Shown here piece by piece: positions 39,700-51,850 of a stretch of 64,000 nucleotides of DNA (its first letter is position 1; every line of letters starts with the position of its first letter). The DNA is taken from contig NC_135804.1 in assembly GCF_964213995.1 (NCBI RefSeq), forward strand, positions 59,892,001-59,956,000, in the 5' to 3' direction. A program made the position numbers and the translations under genes. Origin of the DNA: Mustelus asterias (Eukaryota). The notes below the pieces were generated by a model that was given only the letters and a program-made list of their open reading frames with translations, made no database searches and was not told where the DNA came from.

Positions 39700-41412
39700 G
39701 CAGCTCTTTAACACCTGCTGTGAGTTGGTCCGGTGGATGTTGGATTAAAATTCCGAGGTTTCCCAGTCCTGGAACTCTCGAGCACGCCTCTGTATTTGCA
39801 TGCATTTAAATTGACTTAAGGGGCTGCATGCCCAACTTGACCGCGCTTCCCCCTTAACCACCGCGCTCGGCCATCCGGAATCAGCGTGAAACAGATATGT
39901 TCCATATGTGTCCGATTCGGGCGCTACAGTTAGAGAGGAGGTAAGTGCAAGCGTCGGACGGCTCTCTGCCTGAGATCGGTTGGGGGCAAGTGGCGTCCAC
40001 TGCCAACCTGCCTATGATCAGTGGGGTGGGGGTTGGGGGGGATCCAATGCCACTCTGCCTGAGATCAATGTGGATGAAAGCGGTCTGCTGCCACTCTGCT
40101 TGTGATCAGTGGAGAGGAAGAGGTGCCCGCTGCCACTCTGCTTGAGATCATTGGGGTTGAAAGGGGGTCTGCTGCCACTCTGCCTGAGATCAGTGGGGGG
40201 GGGGGGGGGGGGAAGGAGGGGTCCACTGCCATTCTGCCTGAGATCGGTGGGTGGGGAATGGGGGGTCTGCTGCCACTCTGCCTGAGATCGGTGGGTGGGG
40301 AATGTAGCGGGATCCCTCTTTTTAACTCCACTGGGCTTATTTTAGGTTTGGTTCTCCGTCACCCAAAACCCCACCAATGCCCGAGTGATTCTCTCTCTTG
40401 CCGATGGAACAATGGCCACCTTGCTTCTACTTCACTAGAGTAGCGCTCCCAAGAGAGAGAAAAGGAAACTGCTGCCTATCCACTACCTGGCAGCCTTTCC
40501 TGAGTGGGCAGTTTCGAAGCGCCCAGGGTACCCTCAGTTCTAGACTCCGGAATTATGGTAAGGAATATTTATATTGTGACTTAGTCAGAGATCATTGGTG
40601 AGAAATTGAAAAGATCAAAACGGACTCCAACGCAAGTCAAAGATATATATATATATATTTATTAAAACATCAAGGTCAAAGGTCACCAAACACCAGGAAA
40701 ACAACACACAATGCCTTATGCTCTATAAGACTATAACTATGGAAGGAATACTAAAACGGACACCACGGAATTCTTACTTTATACAAGTCTACCAGTGTCT
40801 TAAACTATGAAAGGTGCATGCAAAAGCTCCCCCCTTTCCCCAAAGCCTCATCCACTATGATGATCTCGGGAACTTCGCGAATTACCAGGGGATACTCACG
40901 ATCCTAGTTTAAATTGCTCAGTGGGCTTCGGGCTGCGTGCCGGATATGAAGGAGAGGCAGGAAACAGGAGAGGAGTGCTGTCATGCTGGTCCGAAGAGAA
41001 AAAGAGGAAGAAATGGTCGGCCTGACCATCCTTTTATATTGTAAAACTTGAATTCTTTTCCTGCCAACTCCGCCCCCCTTCCAGCCGGCAGTTCCACAGA
41101 CAAAGGCTTGCTCGTTATCTGCAGCTGCGATCTTACAGTCCATAGAGACCAGATGGTCCCATCCCAGGTGATAGGTCTCTTGCTGTCCTTTATTGTTCCA
41201 TCGGAGATCGTTTAATTGTTTTCCCATTATGGAAATGGGCTTCTCCTCGCTCTGGGACAAGGCCATTATCACCTGTATTGAGTCCAGACCAGGTGTATTG
41301 TCTTGCTGCTGGCCTAGTCTGGTGATGTTGTGAGTCCTTTTTGTGCTGCTGATAACCTAATCAGCAGCCCGTCTGGTTTCTGGCTGCTTGCAATTTTTGG
41401 ACTGGGCCCCTT

Positions 41413-41445
<33 letters not shown>

Positions 41446-42002
41446 GCTGGCTGGGCTCCCTGGGACATTTTTGGTCAAGTCCTGCAGCCAAGTGTGGCCC
41501 CTTTCACAGTTCTTTAGGGTTCAAGTCCTTTTCCCAGCTCATAAAAAAGGCCTGAGTTGCCCAAAAAACTTACAGGAATGGTGGTTCTCCTGCCACTCTG
41601 CCTGTGATCGGTGTGGGGAGGGAAGGGGGGTTGGGGGTCAGTGATCAGTCTGGGTGGCGGGCAGGTGGGGAGGCATAAGGGGAGCAGTAATGTTGGGGGG
41701 GAGGGTAATGTCCATGGGGGCCAGGGGGAGGCATTATCCGGCCCAGGAGGGATGTAGCAGGGGAACAGAATTCTTCCATTTTTCTACGCATGCACAGTTG
41801 GAGGCGCTGATTGAATCTGCAGGGGTTCCGGGAGTGCGTTAAGTCCCACCCACAGACTTCTGCAGCGCGATTGAGAATCGCTGATATTTTTCCGGCAGTG
41901 TGTGTATGGGGGCACCTGAGAACGGGTGTAAAGGTCAGATCTGAAACACTCCCAGTTTCAAGTCCACCCAGCACTTGGAATCAAAATCGTAAAATAGGGC
42001 CC
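39700..42002. mobile_element. Non-autonomous DNA-transposon-like element with an internal ~40-bp minisatellite
   Basis: Repeats of ctgccactctgcctgagatc.gtggggg at 39960-40300 and 41589-41650; terminus ...cgtaaaatagggccc at 42002; left end uncertain. Confidence 0.5.
40303..41574 (-). mobile_element. Solo LTR (1272 bp)
   Basis: TGTA...TACA ends, perfect GGAA target duplication (40299-40302 / 41575-41578); minus-strand TATAAAAG near 41035 upstream of AATAAA near 40660. Confidence 0.85.
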
Positions 42003-42831
42003 ACTGACTTCTTCCAGTAGCTTCCAGCTGGCAACACACAGGCAGCAGAATTTTCAACTCCAGAGACAGGGGACAACAAGCTTTCTATTTCACATCCAAA
42101 CAGCATCTACTAAAAGCGAAATTAAAACATTGGACTTTTCAGTTCTTTCACAGAAAAGTCCAATGCCTGACCTGGCAATCAAGCTCCTTCCAACAATTCC
42201 AAAAGAACCATAAAACCCCAGGACACTGAATTTGGCAAAACAAAAAAAAACATGATGCCCATTATATTGCTTCAGTTACAATTTAAGAGAATGGCTGCAG
42301 ACAAAACGATGCCAAGGAAATAAAATGCTCGAAGTGCCTTTAAAGACTTGCAAAGGAAGATGATTAAAACATTTTTAAATGCACAATATCATCACACGTT
42401 CTTGGACTAAGCAAACAATGAGGCTCAGTTTCTCAGTTCAACCACATTTATTCAAAGTTTTAAACATATGAAATGACTTAAACATATGTATGTTCCAGAA
42501 TAATTGCAGCAACGTAATATTCAGAGTCTGTGGGAAGTGACAGGAAAGTGAAGCAGGCAGAATGTAGGAAGAAATTGGCAACTAACATAAAGGAGAAACC
42601 AAATGTCTTCTATAAGCATATTAACAAAAAATTGTGATAAATGCAGGATTGGAGCTGCTAATGGACCTTAAAATGGTGATAGGTGTCTGGCTGAGGTACT
42701 AAATGAATACTTTGCCCTTGTCTTCAGCAAGTAAGAAGACACTGCCTGAGCCTCAATGAAAGGCAAATAAATTGAGACTTGATAAGCTAGAAAGTGATAA
42801 AGAGGAGGGGCAGCGGCACGGAGGTTAATAA

Positions 42832-43659
42832 TGTGGTAATATAATCAGGGCCTAGTTTTAAGGCTGATTAAATTGGATATCCTAAATTAAAGAATTGGGC
42901 ATATTAAAATCAAACACAGTCAAACTTGGGCAGGCCAATTGTACAAATAGACAAACATGTCTGGGCCTGACCCATCAATCACCCATCAAAGGTCGTTGCA
43001 CTCTACAGAGACCCAGCAGGAGATCTTCGCAGCCCATTGAAATGCACCGGCCTATTGTTAGAAGCCTAGATCAGGCCAGACTTTCTGTCACCGAGAGTTC
43101 CTGCAGTTACCCTATCTGACAACAGGTTACATGTAAGCAATAGCATGGAGATGGACACCTGGGGGCGAACCCTGGTGTCCTGTCAGGCAGACATCAAGAA
43201 ACCAACTGGGTATTGGAACCCCCTCCTGCGACCTCATTGGCCAGAAGCCAGAGAAGTTTCTGGAAAGGCAAGCAGGCAGGGGGATAAAGGTACACATCTC
43301 GGATACACCAGTAACGAAGACTCAACGAGGGAGGCGACCTTGACCAATTGGAAGACTGACCAGAGTAGGAAGGAAAGAAGAAGCTGCCATCGAGACTCAC
43401 CTTCATGACAACAGACCAGAGGGACTCAGAGAATCGAGCCTGCAGTTTAACCAAACCATCTTTGCAGGTAGTATACTTGAATCTGGGGTGCCCTCTTGTT
43501 TTATGTTGGTAATTTAAGGGTTAATAGTGTTATTATTAATAAACTTGTTGAACCTTTATTTGTGTTTGTCCTTTGTCCATCTTGCAAATAAGGTCACCGG
43601 GGTAAAACCTTGGAGTAAGCAGACTGGTAGAAAGTGTCTGAGAATTAACAGGTACAACA
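42832..43659 (+). mobile_element. 5' LTR of an LTR retroelement / endogenous retrovirus
   Basis: TGTGGTA...TACAACA inverted termini, AATAAA near 43538, followed 2 nt later by a PBS. Confidence 0.8.
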
Positions 43660-43661
43660 TT

Positions 43662-43680
43662 TGGCACCCCAGATGGGACT
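43662..43680 (+). promoter_or_regulatory. Primer binding site complementary to tRNA-Arg(CCU) 3' end
   Basis: TGGCACCCCAGATGGGACT is the reverse complement of AGUCCCAUCUGGGGUG-CCA (tRNA identity from recalled vertebrate tRNA sequence). Confidence 0.75.
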
Positions 43681-43918
43681 TTGATAGGAAGTGATACATT
43701 GCTCCGAAGTCGAACCTTCAACCTGGTATTCTCCAACACTCTGTCTAAGCCTGAATTAAGAGAGCAGGTTGCCCCACGTGACGGTCAGTCTTAAGTGAGT
43801 GAAGGACTAATACAGATTCGATCAGTAAATTGGGCAATAAACACTGTGTCTGTAACACGAGGTGGACAAACTGTGTAGTTAGAATTAGGATAGTCAAGGG
43901 AATTTGGGTAAAATCTAA

Positions 43919-46900
43919 GTGAGGGAATTTAATGAAAACCAGACCCCTGCCCGGGGTAATCGGGTGATAGAGAGCACCCTGGTGGATGTGCCCCTTCACA
44001 ATAAGTACTCCTGTGTGAGTACTGCTGGGGGGGACAGCCCACCTGGGGGAAGCAGCAGAAGCCATGTCTCTGGAGCAGAGTCTGGCCCTGTCACTCAGAG
44101 GGCTAAGGAAAGGAGGAGGAACAAAGAACAAAGAACAATACAGCACAGGAACAGGCCCTTCGGCCCTCCAAGCCCGCGCCGCTCCCTGGTCCAAGCTAGA
44201 CCATTCTTTTGTATCCCTCCAGGAAGGCAGTATTAACCGGGGACTCAACAGTAAGGGGGTTGGACAGGCGTTTTTGCGGAGGCAGACGGGAGTCTCGGAT
44301 GGTGGTCTGCCTCCCTGGTGCCGGGATCCAGGATGTCTCTGGTCGCGTCCCAGAAATCCTGAGTGGGGAGGGAGAGGAGCCAGATGTCGTGGTACATATT
44401 GGTACCGCTGACATAGAGAGGAAGAGGGAAGGGGTCATGAAAAGTGAATATAGGGAGTTAGGTAGACAGTTGAGAAGGAGGAATGCAAAGGTAGTAATCT
44501 CGGGATTGCTGCCTGTGCCACGGGAAAGTGAGAGTAGGAATGGAGTGAGGTGGAGGATGAATGATTGGCTGAGGGACTGGAGTGGGGGGCAGGGATTCAG
44601 GTTCCTGGATCATTGGAACCTCTTTAGGGGCAGGTGTGACCTGTACAAAAAAGATGGGTGGCACTTGAATCCCAAGGGGACCAATATCCTGGCAGGAAGG
44701 TTGGCTGAGGCTACTGAGGAAATTTTAAACTAGAAAGGTTGTGGGGAGGGAATCAAGATGAGGTGACTGAGAGCGAGGAGGGTAGCCTGCAAATAGAGGA
44801 GGATTATAGACAGGGTAAGAGGGAGATTAGATGGGTGATGGAGAAGGGGAGAGCTCAGACCAAAGGTTTGAGATGTGTCTATTTTAATGCTAGGAGTGTA
44901 GTCAATAAAGTGGATGAGCTTAGGGTGTGGATCGATGCTTGGAAGTGTGATGTGGTGGCCATTACGGAGACTTGGGGACAGGGACAGAACTGGATACTTC
45001 AGGTGCCGGGCTTCAGATGTTTCAGAAAGAACAGAGAGGGAGGCAAAAGAGGGGGGAGGGGGGATGGCACTGCTGATCAGGGATAGTGTCACAGCTGTAG
45101 AGAAGGTGGAAGCCGTGGAGAGATTGTATACGGAGTCTCTGTGGGTGGAAGTTCGGAGCGGGAAGGGTTCGATAACTTTGCTCAGTGTTTTCTATAGGCC
45201 GCCCAACAGTAACAGGGATGTTGAGGAGCAGATAGGGAAACAGATCCTGGAGAGATGTACTAATAACAGGGTTGTCGTGATGGGAGACTTTAAATTCCCA
45301 AACATCGATTGGAATATCCCTAGGGTAAGGGGTTGGATGGGGAGGAGTCAGGAAGGTTGCCTGATACAGCATGTGGATAAGCCTACAAGAGGAGAGGCTG
45401 CACTCGAACTGGTACTGACTAATGAGCCTGGACAGGTGTTGGATCTCTCAGTGGGGGAGCATCTTGGGGATAGTGATCATAACTCAATCTCCTTTACGCT
45501 AGCATTGGAAAGAGATAGGATCAGGCAAGCTAGGAAAGTGTTTATCTGGAGTAAGGGGAAATATGAAGCCATCAGGCGGGAGATTAGTGGCATTGATTGG
45601 AAGGAGGTATTCCCGAGGAAAAGTACCGAAGTAAGGTGGCAGATTTTCAAGGAATGTTTGTCTAGAGTTCTACATGACAACGTTCCGATGAGACAGGGTG
45701 GTTTTGGTAGGTTACAGGGACCGTGGTGCTCGAAATCTGTGCTGAACCGAGTCAAAAAGAAAAGGAAAGCGTACAAAAGGTTCAGAGAGCTAGGCGATGA
45801 TAGGGATCTAGATGAGTATACGGTTTGTAGGAAGGGAGTTAAGAAGAAAATTGGAGAGCCGGAAAGGGTCATGAGAAGGACTTGGCAGGTAAGATTAAAG
45901 AGAACCCTAAGGCGTTCTATGAATATGTAAAGAGTAAAAGGATGAGATGTGAAGGTATAGGACCTATAAAATGTGAAGGTGAGAAAGTCTGTACAGAACC
46001 GAAAGAAATAACAGAGGTGCTTAACGAATACTTTACCTCGGTATTCACGGTGGAAGAAGACCTGGTTGTACTACAGGATTGCGGCGGACTGAAAAGATTG
46101 AGTTTGTGGACATTAAGAAAGAGGATGTGTTGGAAATTTTGAATAGCATCAGGATAGATAAGTCACCGAGACCGGATGGGATGTACCCCAGGTTACTGTG
46201 GGAGGCGAGGGAAGAGATTGCAGAGCCTCTGGTGATGATCTTTGAGTCATCGATGGGGAGACGGGAGAGGTTCCAGAGGATTGGAGGATTGCGGATGTGG
46301 TTCCTATATTCAAGAAAGGGAATAAGGATAGCCCAGGAAATTACTGACCGGTGAGTCTAAGCTCAGTGGTTGGTAAGTTGATGGAGAAGATCCTGAGGGA
46401 CAGGATTTATGAACATTTAGAGAGGTTTAATATGCTCAAAAGTAGTCAGCACGGCTTTGTCAAAGGCAAATCGTGCCTCACGAGCCTGGTGGAGTTGTTT
46501 CAAAATGTGACTAAACACATTGATGAAGGAAAAGTGTTAGATGTGGTTTATATGGACTACAGCAAGGCGTTCGATACGGTCCCCCATGCAAGACTTCTCG
46601 AGAAAGTGAGAGGGCATGGGATCCAAGGGGCTGTTGCCTTGTGGATCCAGAACTGGCTTGCCTGCAGAAGTCAGAGAGTGGTTGCAGATGGGTCTTTTTC
46701 TGAATAGAGGTTGGTCACCAGTGGAGTGCCCCAGGGTTCTGTTCTGGGACCCTTGCTGTTTATCATCTTCATAAATGACCTGGATGAGGAAGTGGAGGGA
46801 TGGGTTGGCAAGTTTGCCGACGACACGAAGGTTGGTGGTGTTGTGGAAAGTTTGGAGGGATGTCAGAATCTGCAGAGTGACATAGATAGGATGCAAGACA

Positions 46901-47721
46901 CTGCGGCAAAGTGGCAGATGGACTTCAACCCGGATAAATGTGTCGTGGTCCATTTTGGCAGGTCAAATGGGATGAAGGAGTATAATATCAGGGGTAAGAC
47001 TCTTAGCAGTGTAGAGGATCAGAAGGACCTTGGGGTCCGGGTCCATAGGACTCTTAAATCGGCCTCGGAGGAGGTGGTTCAGAGGGCGTATGGTGTGCTG
47101 GCCTTCATCAATCGAGGGATTGAGTATAGGAATCGGGGGATAATGATGCAGCTTTATAAGACCCTTGTCAGACCCCATCTGGAGTACTGTGCCCAGTTCT
47201 GGTCGCCTCAATGCAGAAAGGATGTGGAAGCCATAGAAAGGGTGCAGAGGAGATTTACAAGGATGTTGCCTGGATTGAGTGGCATGCCTTATGAGGATAG
47301 GTTGAGGGAGCTCGGTCTTTTCTCCTTGGAGAGATGAAGGATGAGAGGTGACCTGATAGAGGTTTACAAGATGTTGAGAGGTATAGATCGGGTGGATTCT
47401 CAGAGGCATTTTTCCCAGGGCTGAAATGGTTGCTACGAGAGGACACAGGTTTAAGGTGCTGGGGAGTAGGTACAGAGGAAATGTCAGGGGTAAGTTTTTC
47501 ACTCAGAGGGTGGTGGGTGAGTGGAATCGGCTGCCGTCAGTGGTGGTGGAGGCAAACTCGATAGGGTCTTTTAAGAGACTTCTGGATGAGTACAGGGAAT
47601 TAATAGGATCGAGGGTTATAGGTAAGTCTATTTATAAGCCTAGATAGGTAAGGACACGACCGGCGCAACTTGTGGGCCGAAGGGCCTGTTTGTGCTGTAG
47701 TTTTTCTATGTTCTATGTTCT
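43919..47721 (+). mobile_element. Near full-length CR1/HER1 LINE (SGNH esterase-like ORF1 end, APE endonuclease, RT) inserted in the LTR element leader
   Basis: GDSTVR..HIGTAD..DGWHLN; YFNARS..ITETW..GDFKFP..SDHN; KFADDTK; (TTCTATG)n tail. Nested minus-strand CR1 3' end at 44120-44220. Confidence 0.93.
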
Positions 47722-47772
47722 ACCCCGATCCCTTACCTATACTCAAGTGACGAATCCTAAAAGGAAAGAATT

Positions 47773-49950
47773 ATGGCCAGTCATGCCGAATGGGAGGAAG
47801 ATCTCCGTTTATATTTGAACCGTAAGTGGCCCAAATGGGTACAGTGGAGTGACGCCCCGAAACCGGATGTGGGATCCGAGGGAGAGAATTGTTGGAATCA
47901 TGCCCATAAGGAAATGAGTAAAAGGGCTCCCAAGCTGAGGAAGGCGATTGCAATCGCCAGTTGTCCAGAACAGCTCCTTGATAGAGAAGCGGAGATTATT
48001 CGGGTTAAACGGGACAGAGAGACCCAGGTAACCCAACTAAAGCAGGATTTAATGAGTGCTACCACGCGCATAGAACAATTGGAAGTGGAGGTAGTCACAC
48101 AAGAGAAAAGGAACCAGATTAATATGATGCACATGAGCCAGTTCCAGGCTCAATGTGATAAAGCCTACCGAAAGGCACAGCGCGCTGTCAGTGAGAGAGA
48201 GAGGCTGTGCTGCAACAGGTGGAGGAAGTTAAATGTAAATGCAGCGACCTGCAGGCTGCAGTAAAAGGTTTGCACCAAGCAGGAGAAGAAAATACTGCCC
48301 GTGCAACAGACCACTCCAAATGCCTGCGTGAGATTGAAGATTTAAAATCACAACGAGCCATAAAAAGGGGGGTAATGTGTGCATACACGACCAAAACAGG
48401 GGATAGGGACCCAGGGTAGAGTGGGGAGATTTAGAAGAGGATGCCTGTCATTATGCAACAGCTAGTGTCACTGCCGACTGGGGACCCCCACCTCCCTTCC
48501 CGGTAATGGAACCAACGGCAGCACCTAATCCGGTCCCCATGCCGGAACACTCAGTCTCAGCCGCTCGTCCTATTCCCATCCCAATAAGTCCAGTCACTAA
48601 TCCGGCTCCCGTACCGATGAATTCGGTCACCACCCAACGACAGGACGGACAGAACCACAGTGTGACTTATGTAACTCCATACACCATGACACAGCACACT
48701 GACATAGCTAAAGCGATTGGAGTACTTGAACCCACCAGGGATCCACGTGCTCTCTTTGACCAGGTAACACAATATTGTGTTTTAAACGGCCTAGACAAGG
48801 CAGAAGAGGTTAAACTTATTTTGCTATGTTTAAGTCCTGCCATCCGTTCCGCCCTACCCGAACCCCAGAACGTGGCTGGGGGAACCCTACCAGAAATGAA
48901 GGCGGCTGTTCTGGCCGCCATAGGCTACAATAGGGATGACCCGGTACAAGGCTGAAACAACTGCCAACAAAACCAAGGGGAACACCCAACAGCCTATGCT
49001 GGCCGACTGTGGAAACAATTGGTTGCGGTTTTCGGACAATTAAATCGAATCCAATTGAACGCACATCACCGGCCCACATGGATCCGGACTCTGATAGCAC
49101 ACGCCAACGAGGGAAGTCGGAAAGCCTGTGAGAATTTTGACCCTGATGATACTACACATACATAAGCCTGGGCCATCCACAAAATGACTCGCGTGTGGGA
49201 ACTGGAAGTCAGACAAACAGATACCCCCAAGTCCACGAAGCACGGAATGATAAACCCGATCCACACAGACTCGGCCCCGGTTTGGCGTAACGAAGAGGGA
49301 GGTGGAAACAGGGGACTGGGAAACTCACCCCCATATGCCCCTGCCAATCATCAATACAGAAGACCGCAGCCCCGCGCAGAACCCCCATATATTTCCAACC
49401 CCAGTCACAGAGAACAAGATAGAACCAACCCCAGATCTGCACCCCCACAAGCACAGTGTTATAACTGCGGGCAACCCAACCATTTTGCCCGGGAATGTAG
49501 GGCACCACTACAACAAACCCCGCAGACCCAGACACTATTGCTGATCGCCGACGCAGGGAACCACAAGGCCGCACAGGATATTGGCCCAACCCCCGACACT
49601 GAGAATGATACAGAGCTGAGCCCAGAGGCCCACGCCCACAAACGCAGTGTTATACCTGGGGGCAACCCAACCATTTTGCCCGGGACTATAGGGCACCACC
49701 CAACTACCCCACATGACCATCTCAGCGGTTCCCCGATGGTGGACCCCGACGCATGCCCCACGAAGGACCGGCCTGACAAGCCACCAAAACCCCCGTCCGG
49801 TATCCCCAGGACCAGCACACGCACCCTCGGTTCCTGCCCCAATTTACAGGGCTTCAGGAATAAAACCCCGGCCCAGGGGACCCCGACAAAAAGGATGGGG
49901 CACCAACAACCTTATCCTCTATGGCGCCCCTCGTACCGGGACTCCCAGAA
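47773..49950 (+). pseudogene. gag: Decayed gag of the LTR element
   Basis: Coiled-coil N-terminus, PPPFP Pro-rich segment, capsid-like region and zinc knuckle CYNCGQPNHFAREC, across several frameshifts and stops. No pol or 3' LTR seen. Confidence 0.8.
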
Positions 49951-51850
49951 CACTTCACTTCTTTCAATATTTATGAAAGCTCATTCCATCTGTTTGTATA
50001 TTTTGGCTAATTTGCGTTAGGTTCCCCCTTAATCTTTTAGTCATCCCTGACTGTTTCTGATGTTTCTACGAATCTTCTGATCTGCCACCTGTCTTTGCAC
50101 AATTATATGCTTTCATTTAAAGTTTGATAACATGTTTAACCTTTCTAGTTAATCATGAATGGTGGGCTCGTCCCTTGGATTTTTCACACTCATTGGAATA
50201 TACCTATTCTGTGCATTCTGAAATATTCCCTCAAACAATTGCCACTGCATCTCTGATGACCTATCACTTGACCTATTTTGCCAATCCGCTTTAGCCAGCT
50301 CAGCTTCCATGCCCCCACAACCGTCCTTATTTTAAAACATTCTTTCTCCTTCAAACTGAATACAAAATTCGGTAATTGAATCCATACAGTGCAGAAGGAG
50401 GCCATTCTTCCCATTGAGTCTGCACCGACATTCTGACAGGGTATCTTGCCCAGGCCCTCACCCCACCCTATCCCCGTAACGCTACTTGATTTATCATGGC
50501 TAATCCATCGAACCTACATATCTTGGGACACTAAGAGGCAATTTAGCATGGCCAATGCACCTAAGCTGCAAAACGTTGGACTGTGCGAGGAAACCAGAGT
50601 ACCCGCAGGAAACCCCCACAGACGCAAAGAGAATGTCACACAGGCAGTCACGCAAGGCTGGAATTGATTCCGGGTCCTTGGCGCTGTGAAGCAGCAGTGC
50701 TAACCATTGTGCCATCATGCTGCCCATATCGTATCATGGTTGCTGCTCCCTCAGGGTGCCTTCACAATCAGAGCATTAATTGCTCCAATCTCGTTGCACA
50801 ATACCAGGCCTAGCATAGCTTTGTCTCTGGTTGGTTGCAGAACATATTATTCGAAGCAACTTTCCAAAAGACATTCAATGAACACCTCAACCAGGCAACC
50901 TTTGTCCTTCTGACCTTTCTCGTCCATATGTAAACTAAAATCTTCCACGATTACCATCGTACCTCTATGAGAAGCTCCAATTATTTTTCCCTTTATGCTC
51001 CACCCTACCATGTGGTTACAGTTCGAGGGCCTGTACACAACTCCCACAAGAGACTTCTTACATTTACCATTTCTCAACTCTCCCCAAATCGTTTCAACGT
51101 CCTGATTTTCTGAATTTAGGTCATCCGTTCGATTGTGTTCTTACAATCTTTAACTAATAGAACCACCCCTTTACATTTTCCAGCCTTCCTGTCGTCTCTA
51201 GATATCCTTTGCCTTTCATTAGTCAGTTCTCAAATCATGCGCTGCTGCGGTCATGCCCCTGTAGATCCTCCAAATTCGGTGGCAAGAATGGTGATCCAAC
51301 AACAGCATCATTTCCCAAGGTACATATTGAACGTCGAGGCACTAATCACTCAAAACCTGTTCCGCCCGACGGGACATAACCGTTCTTCTGGGAAATGGAT
51401 CTCTGCAGGAATCTCCCAGGATAGACCCCCAGGAGGAGAGCAGACGCATTTTTTGGATGTTCCGAAAGATTCGCAGATGGGTCAAATATGCCGACTGACG
51501 CATGTGTGAACCTGGCTTAAGAGTAACGAAAATTCAGAAGGTTCTTTGGGAATGAACCAAGAACATCAGGCGCATTCATCGCCATGTGCACAGTCGCATT
51601 TGAGGCCGCGCAAAAAGCGCAGTAACCTCCAGGCAAATTATCAAATCAATCCCTCAGGATCATCCTCTCCGCATGTGTCAGAGTCTGCAGATCACACATT
51701 GGGCTTATCAAACATCTCAGAAACTATCGACCTACAGTAGGAACAAGTCACCCTTGATCCCGAAGGACTATCTAAGGGAAATAGAAAAAGAACCAGCGGG
51801 AGCAGCTGACCTACAATGTGATCTGCATTTCCATCATTCACCAGAACCCC
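49950..51850 (-). mobile_element. Old CR1 5'/endonuclease-region fragments with a nested HE1 SINE (~50385-50722, minus)
   Basis: Minus-strand GVVYRPSN...EDFSLH peptide; SINE head gcacaatggttagcactgctgc on the minus strand. Confidence 0.7.

Larger units (their letters stand above)
39380..42396. mobile_element. Solo LTR split by nested insertions
   Basis: Starts tcttatg (degenerate TG), ends atcatcaCA; CGTT on both flanks (39376-39379 / 42397-42400). Confidence 0.65.

Noticed and set aside
39960-40300. Repeat-spacer pattern resembling a CRISPR array
   Set aside because: Eukaryotic context; the spacers are G-runs of a degenerate minisatellite and there are no cas genes.
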